Shown here one piece after another: positions 29,878 to 39,046 of a stretch of 64,000 nucleotides of DNA. Each line of letters begins with the position of its first letter. Positions within the stretch are counted from its first letter, which is position 1. The stretch is from an uncultured Polyangiaceae bacterium. Lineage in GTDB: Bacteria; Myxococcota_A; Polyangia; Polyangiales; Polyangiaceae. The notes under the pieces are model-generated. The model was not told the origin of the DNA and ran no database searches. It saw nothing but the letters and a program-made list of their open reading frames with translations. Made by a program: the position numbers and the translations under genes. The stretch lies in the NCBI GenBank assembly GCA_964454025.1, contig CAYVRP010000002.1:55242-119241 (forward strand), written 5' to 3'.

Positions 29878-31455
29878 TCACTGCCGTTCGTAGAAGGTGA
29901 TGCTCACGCCGCCGCCGGCCATGCCGGGTTCGGAGCTCAGGTAGGTGTTGTCGTTGAGGAAGTCGAAGTCGCCGTCGACGCGGGCCTCGAACCACGGGAT
30001 GAGCCCGCCCATCGCCCCACAGTTTCGGACCAGGATGAACTCACCGTTGTTCGGGGCCAGGGTGTACCAAGCGTCGAGCGAGCCAGAGAGCTGGTAGTCG
30101 GCCCCACCGTCGAGGATCGCGCCTTCGACCCGGCCGGTCGTGGTCCCCCCCGTGATGGGGATGATGTTGCGGCTGCCGTACTTGGCGTTGGGGATCGAGA
30201 ACGACGCTCCCAGGGAGACAGACTCGGTGAACACCGTCGCCCCCCGGCTCCCGGTGTTGGTGTTGCAGTCCCACGGCTGCCCCGGCACCCCCTGCGGCTT
30301 GGTGATCTGCACGCGCGGCTCCCCCGCCGCCACCTCGGAGACGTCGTACACGTCGAGCCGGAGCGCGCCCGCCGTGACCTCGCGGGTGGCCACGAACATC
30401 CCGGTGTTGAGGAAGGCCCAGCTCCCGGTGGTGGTCGCCTCGAAATCGGGGATCACCCGCGGGGTCGCGCCCTCGCCCGGGGCGACACCGCAGCTGCGCA
30501 CGAAGATCCGGGAGCCATCGCTGGCCTCCAGGACGTTGATCCCCTGGTACTCGATGACCCCGTTGGCGAGGGTGAGCTCGTATTCCAGGCCCCCGGTCAG
30601 CACGGAGCCGCTCAGGCGGTCGCCGCTGATGGTCCCGCCGCTCACGGCGAGGAGGCGCCGGTGCCCGTACGGGGTGTTGCCGACGTCGTAGGTGTCGCGG
30701 ATGTCGAGCGTGATGGTGAAGGCGAGCTCGCCCCTCGTCGGGGCCGGGATCCCTTCCGCCATGCCGCAGGCCCACCCGGGATCGGGCACGATCGTGGCCT
30801 CTTCCGAGGTGCCGCCCCCCGTCTCCGCCCCACCGGAGGTGGCCCCACCCTCGGCCGCCCCACCCGAGGTGGCGCCGCCGGTGGTGTCCCCGCCGCTGCT
30901 GGTGCCGCCCGTGGCGACGCCGCCCGTCGCGCCCCCGCCGCAGCTGGTCCCGCCCGAGTCTCCACCGGTGCTGGGGATCCCCCCGGTCGGACCGAAGCCG
31001 CCGGTGGAGAGGCCCGCCGACCCGCCGGCGAACACGCCGCCGGTGCCACCGGTGGGCATGCCGCCGCTGCCACCGGTGGGCACGCCACCGGTGCCGCCCG
31101 CGGTCACGCCACCCGTGGTCAAGGGGGCTCCGCCGCTGGGGGTCCCGCCGCCGCTCGCGCTTCCCCCGCTCGAGCCTCCCGCGCCCAGCGCGCCCGAGCC
31201 CCCGGCAGGGACGCCGCCGCTGCCCGAGGCCCCCGTCGCCAGCGATCCGCCGGAGGAGGCGCCGGCACCGCCGGTCGACGGCGACGACGGCGTGCCCGCG
31301 TCCTCGCCACACCCCGCCGACAGGGACATGGCCGCGCCGAGCAACGCCCCGCGCCACCCGAGCGCACGAGCCCTGGCCCCGCAGGCCGCGGCAGCCGCGC
31401 GCGTCCCGCAAGGCCGCTGGAACATCGCGTGCGCGAAGGTGTGGTCGCTCATCAT
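29878..31455 (-). CDS. Lipoprotein with a long Gly-rich linker and two tandem DUF3237-like domains
   Basis: ATGATG at 31455 has AGGAGG 7 nt upstream. LGAAMSLSAGC is a lipobox. A (T/S)GG repeat linker of about 170 aa follows. There are two copies of the pattern YG.R...P..GG...G.......GG.DY(E/Q)L: YGHRRLLAVSGGTISGDRLSGSVLTGGLEYEL and YGSRNIIPITGGTTTGRVEGAILDGGADYQL. Confidence 0.65.
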   Translation of the reverse strand: MMSDHTFAHAMFQRPCGTRAAAAACGARARALGWRGALLGAAMSLSAGCGEDAGTPSSPSTGGAGASSGGSLATGASGSGGVPAGGSGALGAGGSSGGSASGGGTPSGGAPLTTGGVTAGGTGGVPTGGSGGMPTGGTGGVFAGGSAGLSTGGFGPTGGIPSTGGDSGGTSCGGGATGGVATGGTSSGGDTTGGATSGGAAEGGATSGGAETGGGTSEEATIVPDPGWACGMAEGIPAPTRGELAFTITLDIRDTYDVGNTPYGHRRLLAVSGGTISGDRLSGSVLTGGLEYELTLANGVIEYQGINVLEASDGSRIFVRSCGVAPGEGATPRVIPDFEATTTGSWAFLNTGMFVATREVTAGALRLDVYDVSEVAAGEPRVQITKPQGVPGQPWDCNTNTGSRGATVFTESVSLGASFSIPNAKYGSRNIIPITGGTTTGRVEGAILDGGADYQLSGSLDAWYTLAPNNGEFILVRNCGAMGGLIPWFEARVDGDFDFLNDNTYLSSEPGMAGGGVSITFYERQ

Positions 31456-31476
31456 TCCTGTCCTCCTCGCGTCAAA

Positions 31477-31490
31477 GTCACCGCGGTGAC
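31477..31490. promoter_or_regulatory. Perfect 14-bp palindrome GTCACCGCGGTGAC in a divergent intergenic region
   Basis: Read directly. It lies 22 nt upstream of the DUF3237 gene start. Confidence 0.3.
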
Positions 31491-31544
31491 GATCCGCGGC
31501 CGGCGTCCTCACCGGGCGCTCGCGCTTCTCTAGCATCACGACCG

Positions 31545-31558
31545 GCGGTCTCGAGCCG
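31545..31558. promoter_or_regulatory. Perfect 14-bp palindrome GCCGCAATTGCGGC
   Basis: Read directly. It is intergenic between the DUF3237 gene and hypF. Confidence 0.3.
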
Positions 31559-31566
31559 CAATTGCG

Positions 31567-31584
31567 GCCGCTCCGGGGGGACAA
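31567..31584. promoter_or_regulatory. Inverted repeat GGGGACAA-AA-TTGTCCCC
   Basis: Two 8-bp arms are separated by 2 nt, forming a locally AT-rich core in GC-rich DNA. It lies 9 nt after the previous palindrome. Confidence 0.3.
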
Positions 31585-31919
31585 AATTGTCCCCTGCGGT
31601 CCGCGCCGCGCGTGCATCGACCGGGCTCACGAACCCACCGACGACGGAGTCGACTGCGATCGACGCCAACGTCCTCGCGAGGCGGCGCGCCCGCCGGCCA
31701 GGAACCGAGCACGAGCCCCGTTCTCCGTCTCGCGTCCGCTCGGAAGCTCGCCGGTGCCGAGCTGCACGGGCGCGGCGGGCGCTCCGGTTCGTTCGCCGCA
31801 CGGAAACCTCCCGGGCAGTCCCCGGCGCCTGGCTGCCACCCGGTGGCGGCTCCTGGGGAGCGCGACCCGGCGGGGACCGGGCACGGTCCGGCGGCTTGAG
31901 GCGACTCCGGTTCTGACCA

Positions 31920-34286
31920 ATGCTCCCGGCACCGATGCCCGGGTCCCTCGATCCAAGCCTGTGCGAGCGGCGTCGTCTGCGCCTGCGCGGGGCGGTCCAG
32001 GGCGTCGGTTTCCGGCCGTTCGTGCACCGGCTCGCCACGGAGCTCGGCCGCGGCGGCGAGGTCCTCAACGACCCGGGCGGGGTCACCATCGAGGTCGAGG
32101 GGTCGCCAGCCGCGCTGGCGGCGTTCGAGGAGCGGCTCCTGCGTGACAGGCCGCCCGCCTCCACGCCCGAGATCGTCGCGCGCTCGCGCGTCGCGCCCCG
32201 GGGGGAGGTCGCGTTCTCCATCCGCGCCAGCCAGGGGGCGGGCCAGCCCACCGCGATCCTGCTCCCGGATCTGGCCACCTGCGCGGACTGCGCGCGCGAG
32301 CTCGCCGATCCGACGGATCGCCGCTTCGGCTACCCCTTCACCAACTGCACCCGCTGCGGCCCCCGCTTCAGCATCATCGAGCGGCTGCCCTACGACCGCC
32401 CCCACACGACCATGCGCGGCTTCCAGATGTGCCCGCGCTGCGCGGCCGAGTACGCGGACCCCTCGAACCGGCGGTTCCACGCCCAGCCCACCGCGTGCCC
32501 CGACTGCGGCCCCTCGCTCGCGCTCCTCGATCGGTCGGGCGTGCCCCTCGCCCGCAGGGACGCGGCCCTCGCCGGCGCCGCCGCGCTGATCCGTGACGGC
32601 GGGATCCTCGCCCTGCACGGCCTCGGCGGGTTCCACCTGATGGTCGACGCCCGGTGCGCGGCGGCGGTGCGCGCGCTGCGCGAGCGCAAGGCCCGCTGGG
32701 AGAAGCCGCTCGCGGTGATGGCGCCCTCGCTCGCGGCCGCCGAGCAGCTCTGCGAGATCGACGCGACGGCGCGGGCCCTGCTCACCGGCGTGGAGGCGCC
32801 GATCGTGCTGCTCCCCCGGCGCCCGGCAGCCGGCGTCGCGGCGGAGGTCGCGCCGGACAACCCCCTGCTCGGCGTGATGCTCCCGTACACGCCCCTGCAC
32901 CGGCTGCTGCTCGACGCGCTCGGCTTCCCGGTGGTCGCGACCAGCGGCAACGCGAGCGAGGAGCCCATCTGCACCGCGCCGGACGAGGCGCTCGCGCGGC
33001 TCGGCCACCTCGCCGACCGCTTCCTCGTCCACGATCGCCCCATCGCGCGGCAGGTTGACGACAGCGTGGTCACCGTCGTCGCGGGGGCGCCCCAGCTCGT
33101 CCGTCGCTCCCGCGGCTTCGCCCCCCGGCCCCTGCGGCTGGCGGCCCCGGCCCCCTGCGTACTCGCGGTCGGGCCGCACCTGAAGAACACCGTCACGCTG
33201 GTGGTGGGCGACGAGGCCTTCCTGAGCCAGCACGTCGGTGATCTCGGCAACCCCGTGGCGGCCGACGCGCACGCCCGCGTGGTGCGCGACTTCCTCGACC
33301 TGTACGCCGCGGCGCCGGCCGCCGTGGCGCACGACCTGCACCCCGACTACGCCTCCACCGCCTGGCTGCTCGAGGCCCGCGCCGCCGGCGCGCGGCCCGG
33401 CGCCCCCGGGTGGCAGGCCCGCCTGGCCGCGGCGCGCCCGGTCGCGGTCCAGCACCACCACGCGCATCTCGCCGCGTGCCTCGCCGAGCACCGGCACGAG
33501 GGGCCGGCGCTCGGGGTCACCTGGGACGGGGCGGGCCTCGGCCCTGACGGCACCGTCTGGGGAGGCGAGTTCCTGCTCGGGGACGCGCGGGGCTACCGGC
33601 GGGCGGCGCACCTGCGCGCGTTCCGCCTCCCAGGCGGCGACGCGACGGCCTTGGAGCCGCGGCGCTCCGCGCTCGCCGTGCTCCACGCCGCGGGGCTGCT
33701 CGAGCGCGCCGCGCGCCTCGGCGCCGCCCCGCTGGCAGCCTTCTCGCCAGCGGAGCGCGCGGTGCTCGAGGGGATGCTCGACCGCGGCGTCGGCGCACCC
33801 GTGCCCACCAGCGCCGGGCGGCTCTTCGACGCCGTCGCCGCCCTGGTCAGCGGCCGACCGCGCGTCCGCTTCGAGGGGCAGGCGGCGATGACGCTCGAGT
33901 TCGCGGCGCGCGGCGCCGATGGCCGGCCGGGCGCGTACCCCTGCCCGCTGGTGGCCGGCCCCTCCGACGGCCCCGCGCTCCTCGACTGGGGCCCGCTGCT
34001 CGAGGCCTTGCTCGACGATCTCGCCCGCGGGGGCGCGACCGCGACCGTCGCGGCGCGCTTCCACGAGGGGCGCGCGGCGGCCACGGTCGCCGCGGCGCAC
34101 CACGTCGGCGCGCCCACGGTGGCGCTCACCGGCGGCTGCTTCCAGAATCGTTGCCTGACGGAGCGCGCGAACGTGCTACTCACCGAGGCCGGTTTCCGGG
34201 TGCTCCTGCACCGGGAGGTGCCCGCGAACGACGGAGGCGTCAGCCTCGGGCAGGCCGTGATCGCGGCGGCGGTCGCCGCCGGGTGA
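31920..34286 (+). CDS. hypF: [NiFe]-hydrogenase maturation carbamoyltransferase HypF
   Basis: The acylphosphatase-like N-terminus is RLRLRGAVQGVGFRPFVHRLA. Two zinc-finger pairs are present (CADCARE...CTRCGPRFS; CPRCAAEY...CPDCGP). YrdC-like and Kae1-like domains follow. The alternative start is ATG 31935. Confidence 0.92.
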   Translation: MLPAPMPGSLDPSLCERRRLRLRGAVQGVGFRPFVHRLATELGRGGEVLNDPGGVTIEVEGSPAALAAFEERLLRDRPPASTPEIVARSRVAPRGEVAFSIRASQGAGQPTAILLPDLATCADCARELADPTDRRFGYPFTNCTRCGPRFSIIERLPYDRPHTTMRGFQMCPRCAAEYADPSNRRFHAQPTACPDCGPSLALLDRSGVPLARRDAALAGAAALIRDGGILALHGLGGFHLMVDARCAAAVRALRERKARWEKPLAVMAPSLAAAEQLCEIDATARALLTGVEAPIVLLPRRPAAGVAAEVAPDNPLLGVMLPYTPLHRLLLDALGFPVVATSGNASEEPICTAPDEALARLGHLADRFLVHDRPIARQVDDSVVTVVAGAPQLVRRSRGFAPRPLRLAAPAPCVLAVGPHLKNTVTLVVGDEAFLSQHVGDLGNPVAADAHARVVRDFLDLYAAAPAAVAHDLHPDYASTAWLLEARAAGARPGAPGWQARLAAARPVAVQHHHAHLAACLAEHRHEGPALGVTWDGAGLGPDGTVWGGEFLLGDARGYRRAAHLRAFRLPGGDATALEPRRSALAVLHAAGLLERAARLGAAPLAAFSPAERAVLEGMLDRGVGAPVPTSAGRLFDAVAALVSGRPRVRFEGQAAMTLEFAARGADGRPGAYPCPLVAGPSDGPALLDWGPLLEALLDDLARGGATATVAARFHEGRAAATVAAAHHVGAPTVALTGGCFQNRCLTERANVLLTEAGFRVLLHREVPANDGGVSLGQAVIAAAVAAG

Positions 34287-34321
34287 CCGTGGCGGAAGGG
34301 CGGCAGCGAAAGGACGAGACG

Positions 34322-34627
34322 ATGTGCCTAGGAGTCCCGGGCAAGGTGGTCGCCGGCGGTGAGCCGGGGGTGGAGCTCCCGATGGGAAAGGTCGACTTCG
34401 GCGGCATCGTCCGCGAGGTGTGCCTCGCGTGCACGCCGGACGCCGCGGTCGGCGACTACGTCCTCGTTCACGCCGGCTTCTCGATCAGCAAGTTGAGCGA
34501 GGCCGAGGCGGCCGAGGTGTTCACCTACCTCGCCGAGATCGATCGCCTCGCGGCCGAGGCGCGACCCGCCACGGAACCCGCCGCGGGCGCGGCGCCCGCC
34601 GGCTCCCGCGACGGCGAGGCCCCGTGA
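34322..34627 (+). CDS. hypC: Hydrogenase maturation chaperone HypC
   Basis: The N-terminus MCLGVPGKV is invariant in HypC. The size is small (101 aa) with an Ala/Pro tail. Confidence 0.88.
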   Translation: MCLGVPGKVVAGGEPGVELPMGKVDFGGIVREVCLACTPDAAVGDYVLVHAGFSISKLSEAEAAEVFTYLAEIDRLAAEARPATEPAAGAAPAGSRDGEAP

Positions 34628-35709
34628 GGTACGTCGACGAGTACCGGGGCGAGGCCGAAGCGCGCGCCTTCGCCGCCGCCATCCGCCGCCGGGTGCCCCG
34701 ACCCTGGACCGTGATGGAGGTCTGCGGGGGCCAGCCCCACGCCATCCTGAAGCACGGGCTCGATCAGCTCTTGCCTCCGGAGGTGACGCTGGTGCACGGC
34801 CCGGGCTGCCCGGTGTGCGTGACGCCGGTGGAGCTCATCGACCGCGCCATCGCCATCGCCCGCCGCCCCGGCGTGATCCTCACCTCGTTCGGCGACATGC
34901 TCCGCGTCCCCGGCTCGTCCACGGACCTGTACGGCGCCAAGAGCGAGGGCGCCGACGTGCGCATGGTCTACTCGGCCCTGGACGCGGCCCAGCTCGCGGC
35001 GACGGAGCGCGACCGCCAGGTGGTCTTCTTCGGGGTCGGGTTCGAGACGACGGCGCCGGGCGCGGCGATGGCGGTCCTGATGGCGGAGCGGCAGGGTCTC
35101 GACAACTTCTCGCTCCTCTCCAGCCACGTGCTCGTCCCGCCGGCGATGGAGGCGCTCCTCGCCGCCGAGGACAACCAGGTGCAGGGCTTCCTCGCCGCAG
35201 GCCACGTCTGCGCGGTGATGGGCTACCACGAGTACGAGCCGATCGCGGCGCGCTTCCGCGTGCCCATCGTCCCCACCGGGTTCGAGCCGCTCGATCTGCT
35301 CGCGGGGCTGCACCGGCTGCTCACGATGCTCGAGCAAGGGAGGTACGGCGTCGAGAACCAGTACACACGGTGCGTCACTCGCGAGGGCAATCCCCACGCC
35401 CAGCGCCTGCTGGCGGAGGTCTTCGCGCCGTGCGATCGGCAGTGGCGCGGAATCGGCGTCATCCCGCGCGGTGGCTACCGCCTCCGCGACCGCTACGCGC
35501 GCTTCGACGCCGAGCGGCGGTTCGACGTCGCCGGCGTCACCGCGACCGAGCCCGAGGCCTGCATCGCCGGCGCCGTGCTCCGGGGCCTCGCGCGCCCTCC
35601 GAGCTGCGCCGAGTTCGGCCGCGGCTGCACCCCCGAGCACCCGCTCGGCGCCCCCATGGTGTCGAGCGAGGGCGCCTGCGCCGCGTATTTCAGGTACGGC
35701 CGCGGTTGA
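34624..35709 (+). CDS. hypD: Hydrogenase maturation protein HypD
   Basis: GTG at 34624 overlaps the hypC stop (GTGA). [26 protein letters not shown] and FETTAP motifs are present. Confidence 0.9.
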   Translation: MRYVDEYRGEAEARAFAAAIRRRVPRPWTVMEVCGGQPHAILKHGLDQLLPPEVTLVHGPGCPVCVTPVELIDRAIAIARRPGVILTSFGDMLRVPGSSTDLYGAKSEGADVRMVYSALDAAQLAATERDRQVVFFGVGFETTAPGAAMAVLMAERQGLDNFSLLSSHVLVPPAMEALLAAEDNQVQGFLAAGHVCAVMGYHEYEPIAARFRVPIVPTGFEPLDLLAGLHRLLTMLEQGRYGVENQYTRCVTREGNPHAQRLLAEVFAPCDRQWRGIGVIPRGGYRLRDRYARFDAERRFDVAGVTATEPEACIAGAVLRGLARPPSCAEFGRGCTPEHPLGAPMVSSEGACAAYFRYGRG

Positions 35710-35744
35710 GCGCGGCGCGACCCGGTGCTGTACTCGGGGCGCCG

Positions 35745-36809
35745 ATGTCCACGCCGAAGCCGAACCCGCTCGACGTCACCTGCCCCGCCCCCATCGCTCG
35801 GCACACCACGGTGCAGCTCGCGCACGGCGGCGGCGGCCGGCTCTCCCAGCGGCTGGTGGAGGAGCTCTTCCTGCCCGCCTTCGCCAACCCGGCGCTGTCG
35901 GCGCTGCACGACGGCGCGCTGCTCGAGGTCGCCGGGGCGCGCCTCGCCTTCTCCACGGACTCGTACGTCGTCCGCCCCCTCTTCTTCCCGGGCGGCGACA
36001 TCGGCTCGCTCGCCGTGCACGGCACCGTGAACGATCTGTCGATGTGCGGCGCGCGACCGCTGGCGCTCTCCGCCGGCTTCATCCTGGAGGAGGGCCTCCC
36101 GCTGGCGGAGCTCGAGCGGATCGTGGCGTCGATGCAGGCGGCGGCCGCCGCCGCCGACGTCGCCATCGTCACCGGCGACACCAAGGTGGTGGACCGGGGC
36201 AAGGGCGACGGCGTGTACGTCAACACCGCGGGCATCGGGCTGGTCCCGGCCGGGATCGAGATCGATCCCCGCCGCGCGGCGCCGGGGGACGTAGTGCTGG
36301 TGAGCGGCACCCTCGCCGACCACGGGATCGCCGTCCTGAGCGTCCGCGAAGGGCTCCGCTTCGAGACGGCGCTGACCAGCGACTCGGCGCCGCTGCACGG
36401 TCTGGTCGCGGCCGTGCTCGCGGCGGCGGGCGCCGCGGTCCACGTCCTGCGCGACCCCACGCGGGGAGGGGGCGCCAGCGCCCTGAACGAGATCGCGGCC
36501 GCGGCTGGCGGCGGAGTCGAGCTCGACGAGGCGAGCCTGCCCGTCCGCGAGGCCGTCCGCGGGGCCTGCGAGCTGCTGGGCTTCGACCCGCTCTACGTCG
36601 CCAACGAGGGCAAGTGCCTGGCCCTGGTGGCCCCCGCGGCGGCCGAGCGGGCCCTGGCCGCGATGCGCGCGCACCCGTGCGGCCGCGACGCGGCCGTGAT
36701 CGGGCAGGTGGTGGCGGGGCCGCCGGGTCGGGTGGTGCTCCGCAGCCGCATCGGCGCCGTGCGCGTGGTGGACATGCTCTCCGGCGAGCAGCTCCCGCGG
36801 ATCTGCTGA
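35745..36809 (+). CDS. hypE: Hydrogenase maturation protein HypE (carbamoyl dehydratase)
   Basis: ATG at 35745. The fold is PurM-like (GDIGSLAVHGTVNDLSMCGARP; TGDTKVV). The C-terminus is the canonical ...PRIC. Confidence 0.9.
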   Translation: MSTPKPNPLDVTCPAPIARHTTVQLAHGGGGRLSQRLVEELFLPAFANPALSALHDGALLEVAGARLAFSTDSYVVRPLFFPGGDIGSLAVHGTVNDLSMCGARPLALSAGFILEEGLPLAELERIVASMQAAAAAADVAIVTGDTKVVDRGKGDGVYVNTAGIGLVPAGIEIDPRRAAPGDVVLVSGTLADHGIAVLSVREGLRFETALTSDSAPLHGLVAAVLAAAGAAVHVLRDPTRGGGASALNEIAAAAGGGVELDEASLPVREAVRGACELLGFDPLYVANEGKCLALVAPAAAERALAAMRAHPCGRDAAVIGQVVAGPPGRVVLRSRIGAVRVVDMLSGEQLPRIC

Positions 36810-36831
36810 GCTCGCCGCCGCGCGGGCAGCG

Positions 36832-37563
36832 TCACCCGTGCGTGTGCGGGAGGGCGGCGGGCGCCGCGGGCGCGGGGAGCCGCGCGCGCTGCTCCTCGAG
36901 CCACTCGAGCCAGGCGGGGATACCCTGGCCGGTCACCGCCGAGACCTCGATGACGCGCGGCCGGGGCATGGTGCGAGCGAGCGCGTCGCGCAGGCGCCCG
37001 AGGTCCACCTGCGGCAGGTGCGCGACCAGATCCGTCTTGCTCACCACCACCAGGTCCGCGCGGCGGAACATGACGGGGTACTTCAGCGGCTTGTCCTCGC
37101 CCTCGGCCACGCTGAGCACGACCACGTTGGCGGCCTGCCCGAGGTCGTAGATGGCCGGGCAGACGAGGTTTCCCACGTTCTCCACGAAGAGCACGTCGGC
37201 CCGCCACCACTCCATCGCGTGCAGCGCGTCGTGCACGAGCCGCGCGTCGAGGTGACAGGCGGTGCCGGTGGTGATGGCGCGCGATTCGATCCCGGCCGCC
37301 CGGAGCCGCTGCGCGTCGTGGTCGGTGGCGAGGTCCCCGCTCACCGCCAGCACCCGGCGCGCGCCGTGGAGGGCCCGGGCCGTCGCCTCGAGCAGCGCGG
37401 TCTTGCCCGACCCGGGCGAGCCCATGACGTTGAGCGCGAGCACGCCGTGCTCGACGAAATGCTCGCGGTTGTGCCGCGCCAGCTGGTCGTTCTGCTCGAG
37501 CAGGCGCTGGTGGATCTCGACGGGGACCAGCTCGTGGTCACCGCAGCCGCAGGTTTCGCACAT
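36832..37563 (-). CDS. hypB: Hydrogenase nickel-incorporation GTPase HypB
   Basis: The N-terminal metal site is MCETCGCG. The P-loop is GSPGSGKT and the G4 motif is SKTD. It converges on hypE with a 22-nt gap. Confidence 0.9.
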   Translation of the reverse strand: MCETCGCGDHELVPVEIHQRLLEQNDQLARHNREHFVEHGVLALNVMGSPGSGKTALLEATARALHGARRVLAVSGDLATDHDAQRLRAAGIESRAITTGTACHLDARLVHDALHAMEWWRADVLFVENVGNLVCPAIYDLGQAANVVVLSVAEGEDKPLKYPVMFRRADLVVVSKTDLVAHLPQVDLGRLRDALARTMPRPRVIEVSAVTGQGIPAWLEWLEEQRARLPAPAAPAALPHTHG

Positions 37564-37905
37564 CTAGGGGACCTCCAGCTCGAGCCGCAGCAGATCGAGC
37601 TCATCTCCTGCCACGAGGCGCGCCGGCTCGCCACAGGTGACGCAGACCAGCGGCTCGCCCTCCCCCAACCCCCGCGCGCAGCGCGGGCAGGCCCACCGCG
37701 CGGGGATGCGCTCGATCACGAGCTCGGCCCGGGCGGCGACCGTGTGTTCACGGGCGACCTCGAAGGCGGTCTGGAGCAGCTCGGGGACCACGCCCGCCTG
37801 ATCCCCCACCCGCAGCTCGACGCGCCGCACGGCCGCGCCGGGGTGCGCCGCCGCGTGCGCCTCGACCTGCTCGAGCAGGGCGAACACCAGCGAGTACTCG
37901 TGCAT
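37564..37905 (-). CDS. hypA: Hydrogenase nickel-insertion protein HypA
   Basis: The N-terminus is MHEYSL. The zinc site is CPRC...CVTCG. The protein is 113 aa. Its stop abuts the hypB start (TAGATG). Confidence 0.88.
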   Translation of the reverse strand: MHEYSLVFALLEQVEAHAAAHPGAAVRRVELRVGDQAGVVPELLQTAFEVAREHTVAARAELVIERIPARWACPRCARGLGEGEPLVCVTCGEPARLVAGDELDLLRLELEVP

Positions 37906-38105
37906 CGTCGGCGCCGTTTGGCACGGCCCGGCCGGCGCCGCCAGCCGGCCTGGCCGGGGCTCCGAGGCTCGCCCCCAGGCGCGCTCTCCGCTCGGGAAAC
38001 GAGGTCGACACCCCCCGGCAACCGCGGTTCGGCCACCTCTGGGGGGCCCGGGCGCGGCCCCGCAGGGCTCCGCGCCCACCTCTTCACCCGTCCACCGGAG
38101 CTCCC

Positions 38106-39023
38106 ATGATGCGACCAGACCCCGCCTTCCTCTCCACCCTCACGCTGCTCGGCGCCCTCACTGGCCCCGCGGTGGCCCGCGCCCAGGACCCGGCGGCGCC
38201 CACGGCCCCCGCCGCGCCCCCGGCGGAGCCGGCGGCCGCGGCCCCGGAGCCCCTGGCGGCGGCCGAGCCCGCCCCGGAGCCCGCCCCGCCGGCGGCGGCC
38301 ACGGCGACGCCCGCCACACCGGCCGGCGGCGAGGCGGCGCCAGTCCCGACGCCGGCGCCAGCCGCAGAAGGCGACGACCCGGTCGCCGGCTGGTTCCGGA
38401 TCGACAGCGACCTGCTGGCGCTGCAGCTCTGGGTCGGCGCGACCCACTCCCTCGGGCACCTCGACGTGGCGACCGACATCTACGTCACCTCGGGCACCTT
38501 CGCGGAATTCGACCTCGGCCCCTCCTTCACGGTGCCGTTCGGCGATGGCAACTCCTTCGTCGCCACCCCGATGGCCGGCGTCGGGTTCGACTGGTCCCAG
38601 CGGCGCGCCGTGTCGCTGATCGCCCCCCAGCTCTTCCTGTACCTGACGGCGGGTCCGGTGTACTTCGAGTCGTGGACCCAGGTGTTCTTCAACTCGGTGT
38701 TCGTCGACGACGCGACCGACTCGCTCTACCTGCGCGACTTCCTCCTCTTCAAGCTGAGCGACTCGATCGCCGTCGGACCGCACGTCGAGGCGACGCTGGA
38801 CCTGAGCGGAGCGGGGGACACCCTCCTCAGCCTGCCGGTGGCGGGTGCCGTGAGCCTGAACTACGGAAAGGACAACACGCTGCTGCTGGCCCTCGGCTAC
38901 GAGACGGTGGAGGGCGCGCGACAGGTGCTCACCGGGGTCGACGAAACCGATCCGGCCAACCCCATCGAGCAGTACTCGGAGCGGGGCGGCGCGGGGCGCT
39001 TCACCTTCACGCGCCTCTGGTGA
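38106..39023 (+). CDS. Secreted protein, probably an outer-membrane beta-barrel
   Basis: The signal is MMRPDPAFLSTLTLLGALTGPAVARAQD. A Pro/Ala-rich linker follows. Alternating beta-strand patterns end in ...GRFTFTRLW, with an aromatic terminus. Confidence 0.65.
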   Translation: MMRPDPAFLSTLTLLGALTGPAVARAQDPAAPTAPAAPPAEPAAAAPEPLAAAEPAPEPAPPAAATATPATPAGGEAAPVPTPAPAAEGDDPVAGWFRIDSDLLALQLWVGATHSLGHLDVATDIYVTSGTFAEFDLGPSFTVPFGDGNSFVATPMAGVGFDWSQRRAVSLIAPQLFLYLTAGPVYFESWTQVFFNSVFVDDATDSLYLRDFLLFKLSDSIAVGPHVEATLDLSGAGDTLLSLPVAGAVSLNYGKDNTLLLALGYETVEGARQVLTGVDETDPANPIEQYSERGGAGRFTFTRLW

Positions 39024-39046
39024 GCGCGCGGCGGTCGCGCGCGCGC

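Noticed and set aside
31868-31890. Sigma-54 promoter upstream of hypF (GGGCACGGTCCGGCGGC)
   Set aside because: The GG and GC elements are out of register by one base relative to TGGCAC-N5-TTGC, and the -12 TTGC is missing. This is not convincing.
28612-34103. Long ORFs 28612..31533 (+) and 31536..34103 (-)
   Set aside because: They are antisense to sbcD and the DUF3237 gene, and to hypF, respectively. They have no motifs and an extreme Arg/Gly/Pro bias.
38106-39023. Outer-membrane-type protein next to hypA as a nickel-uptake porin
   Set aside because: This is pure guilt by association. The gene is divergent from hypA and has no metal-binding motif. It is not reported as a finding.
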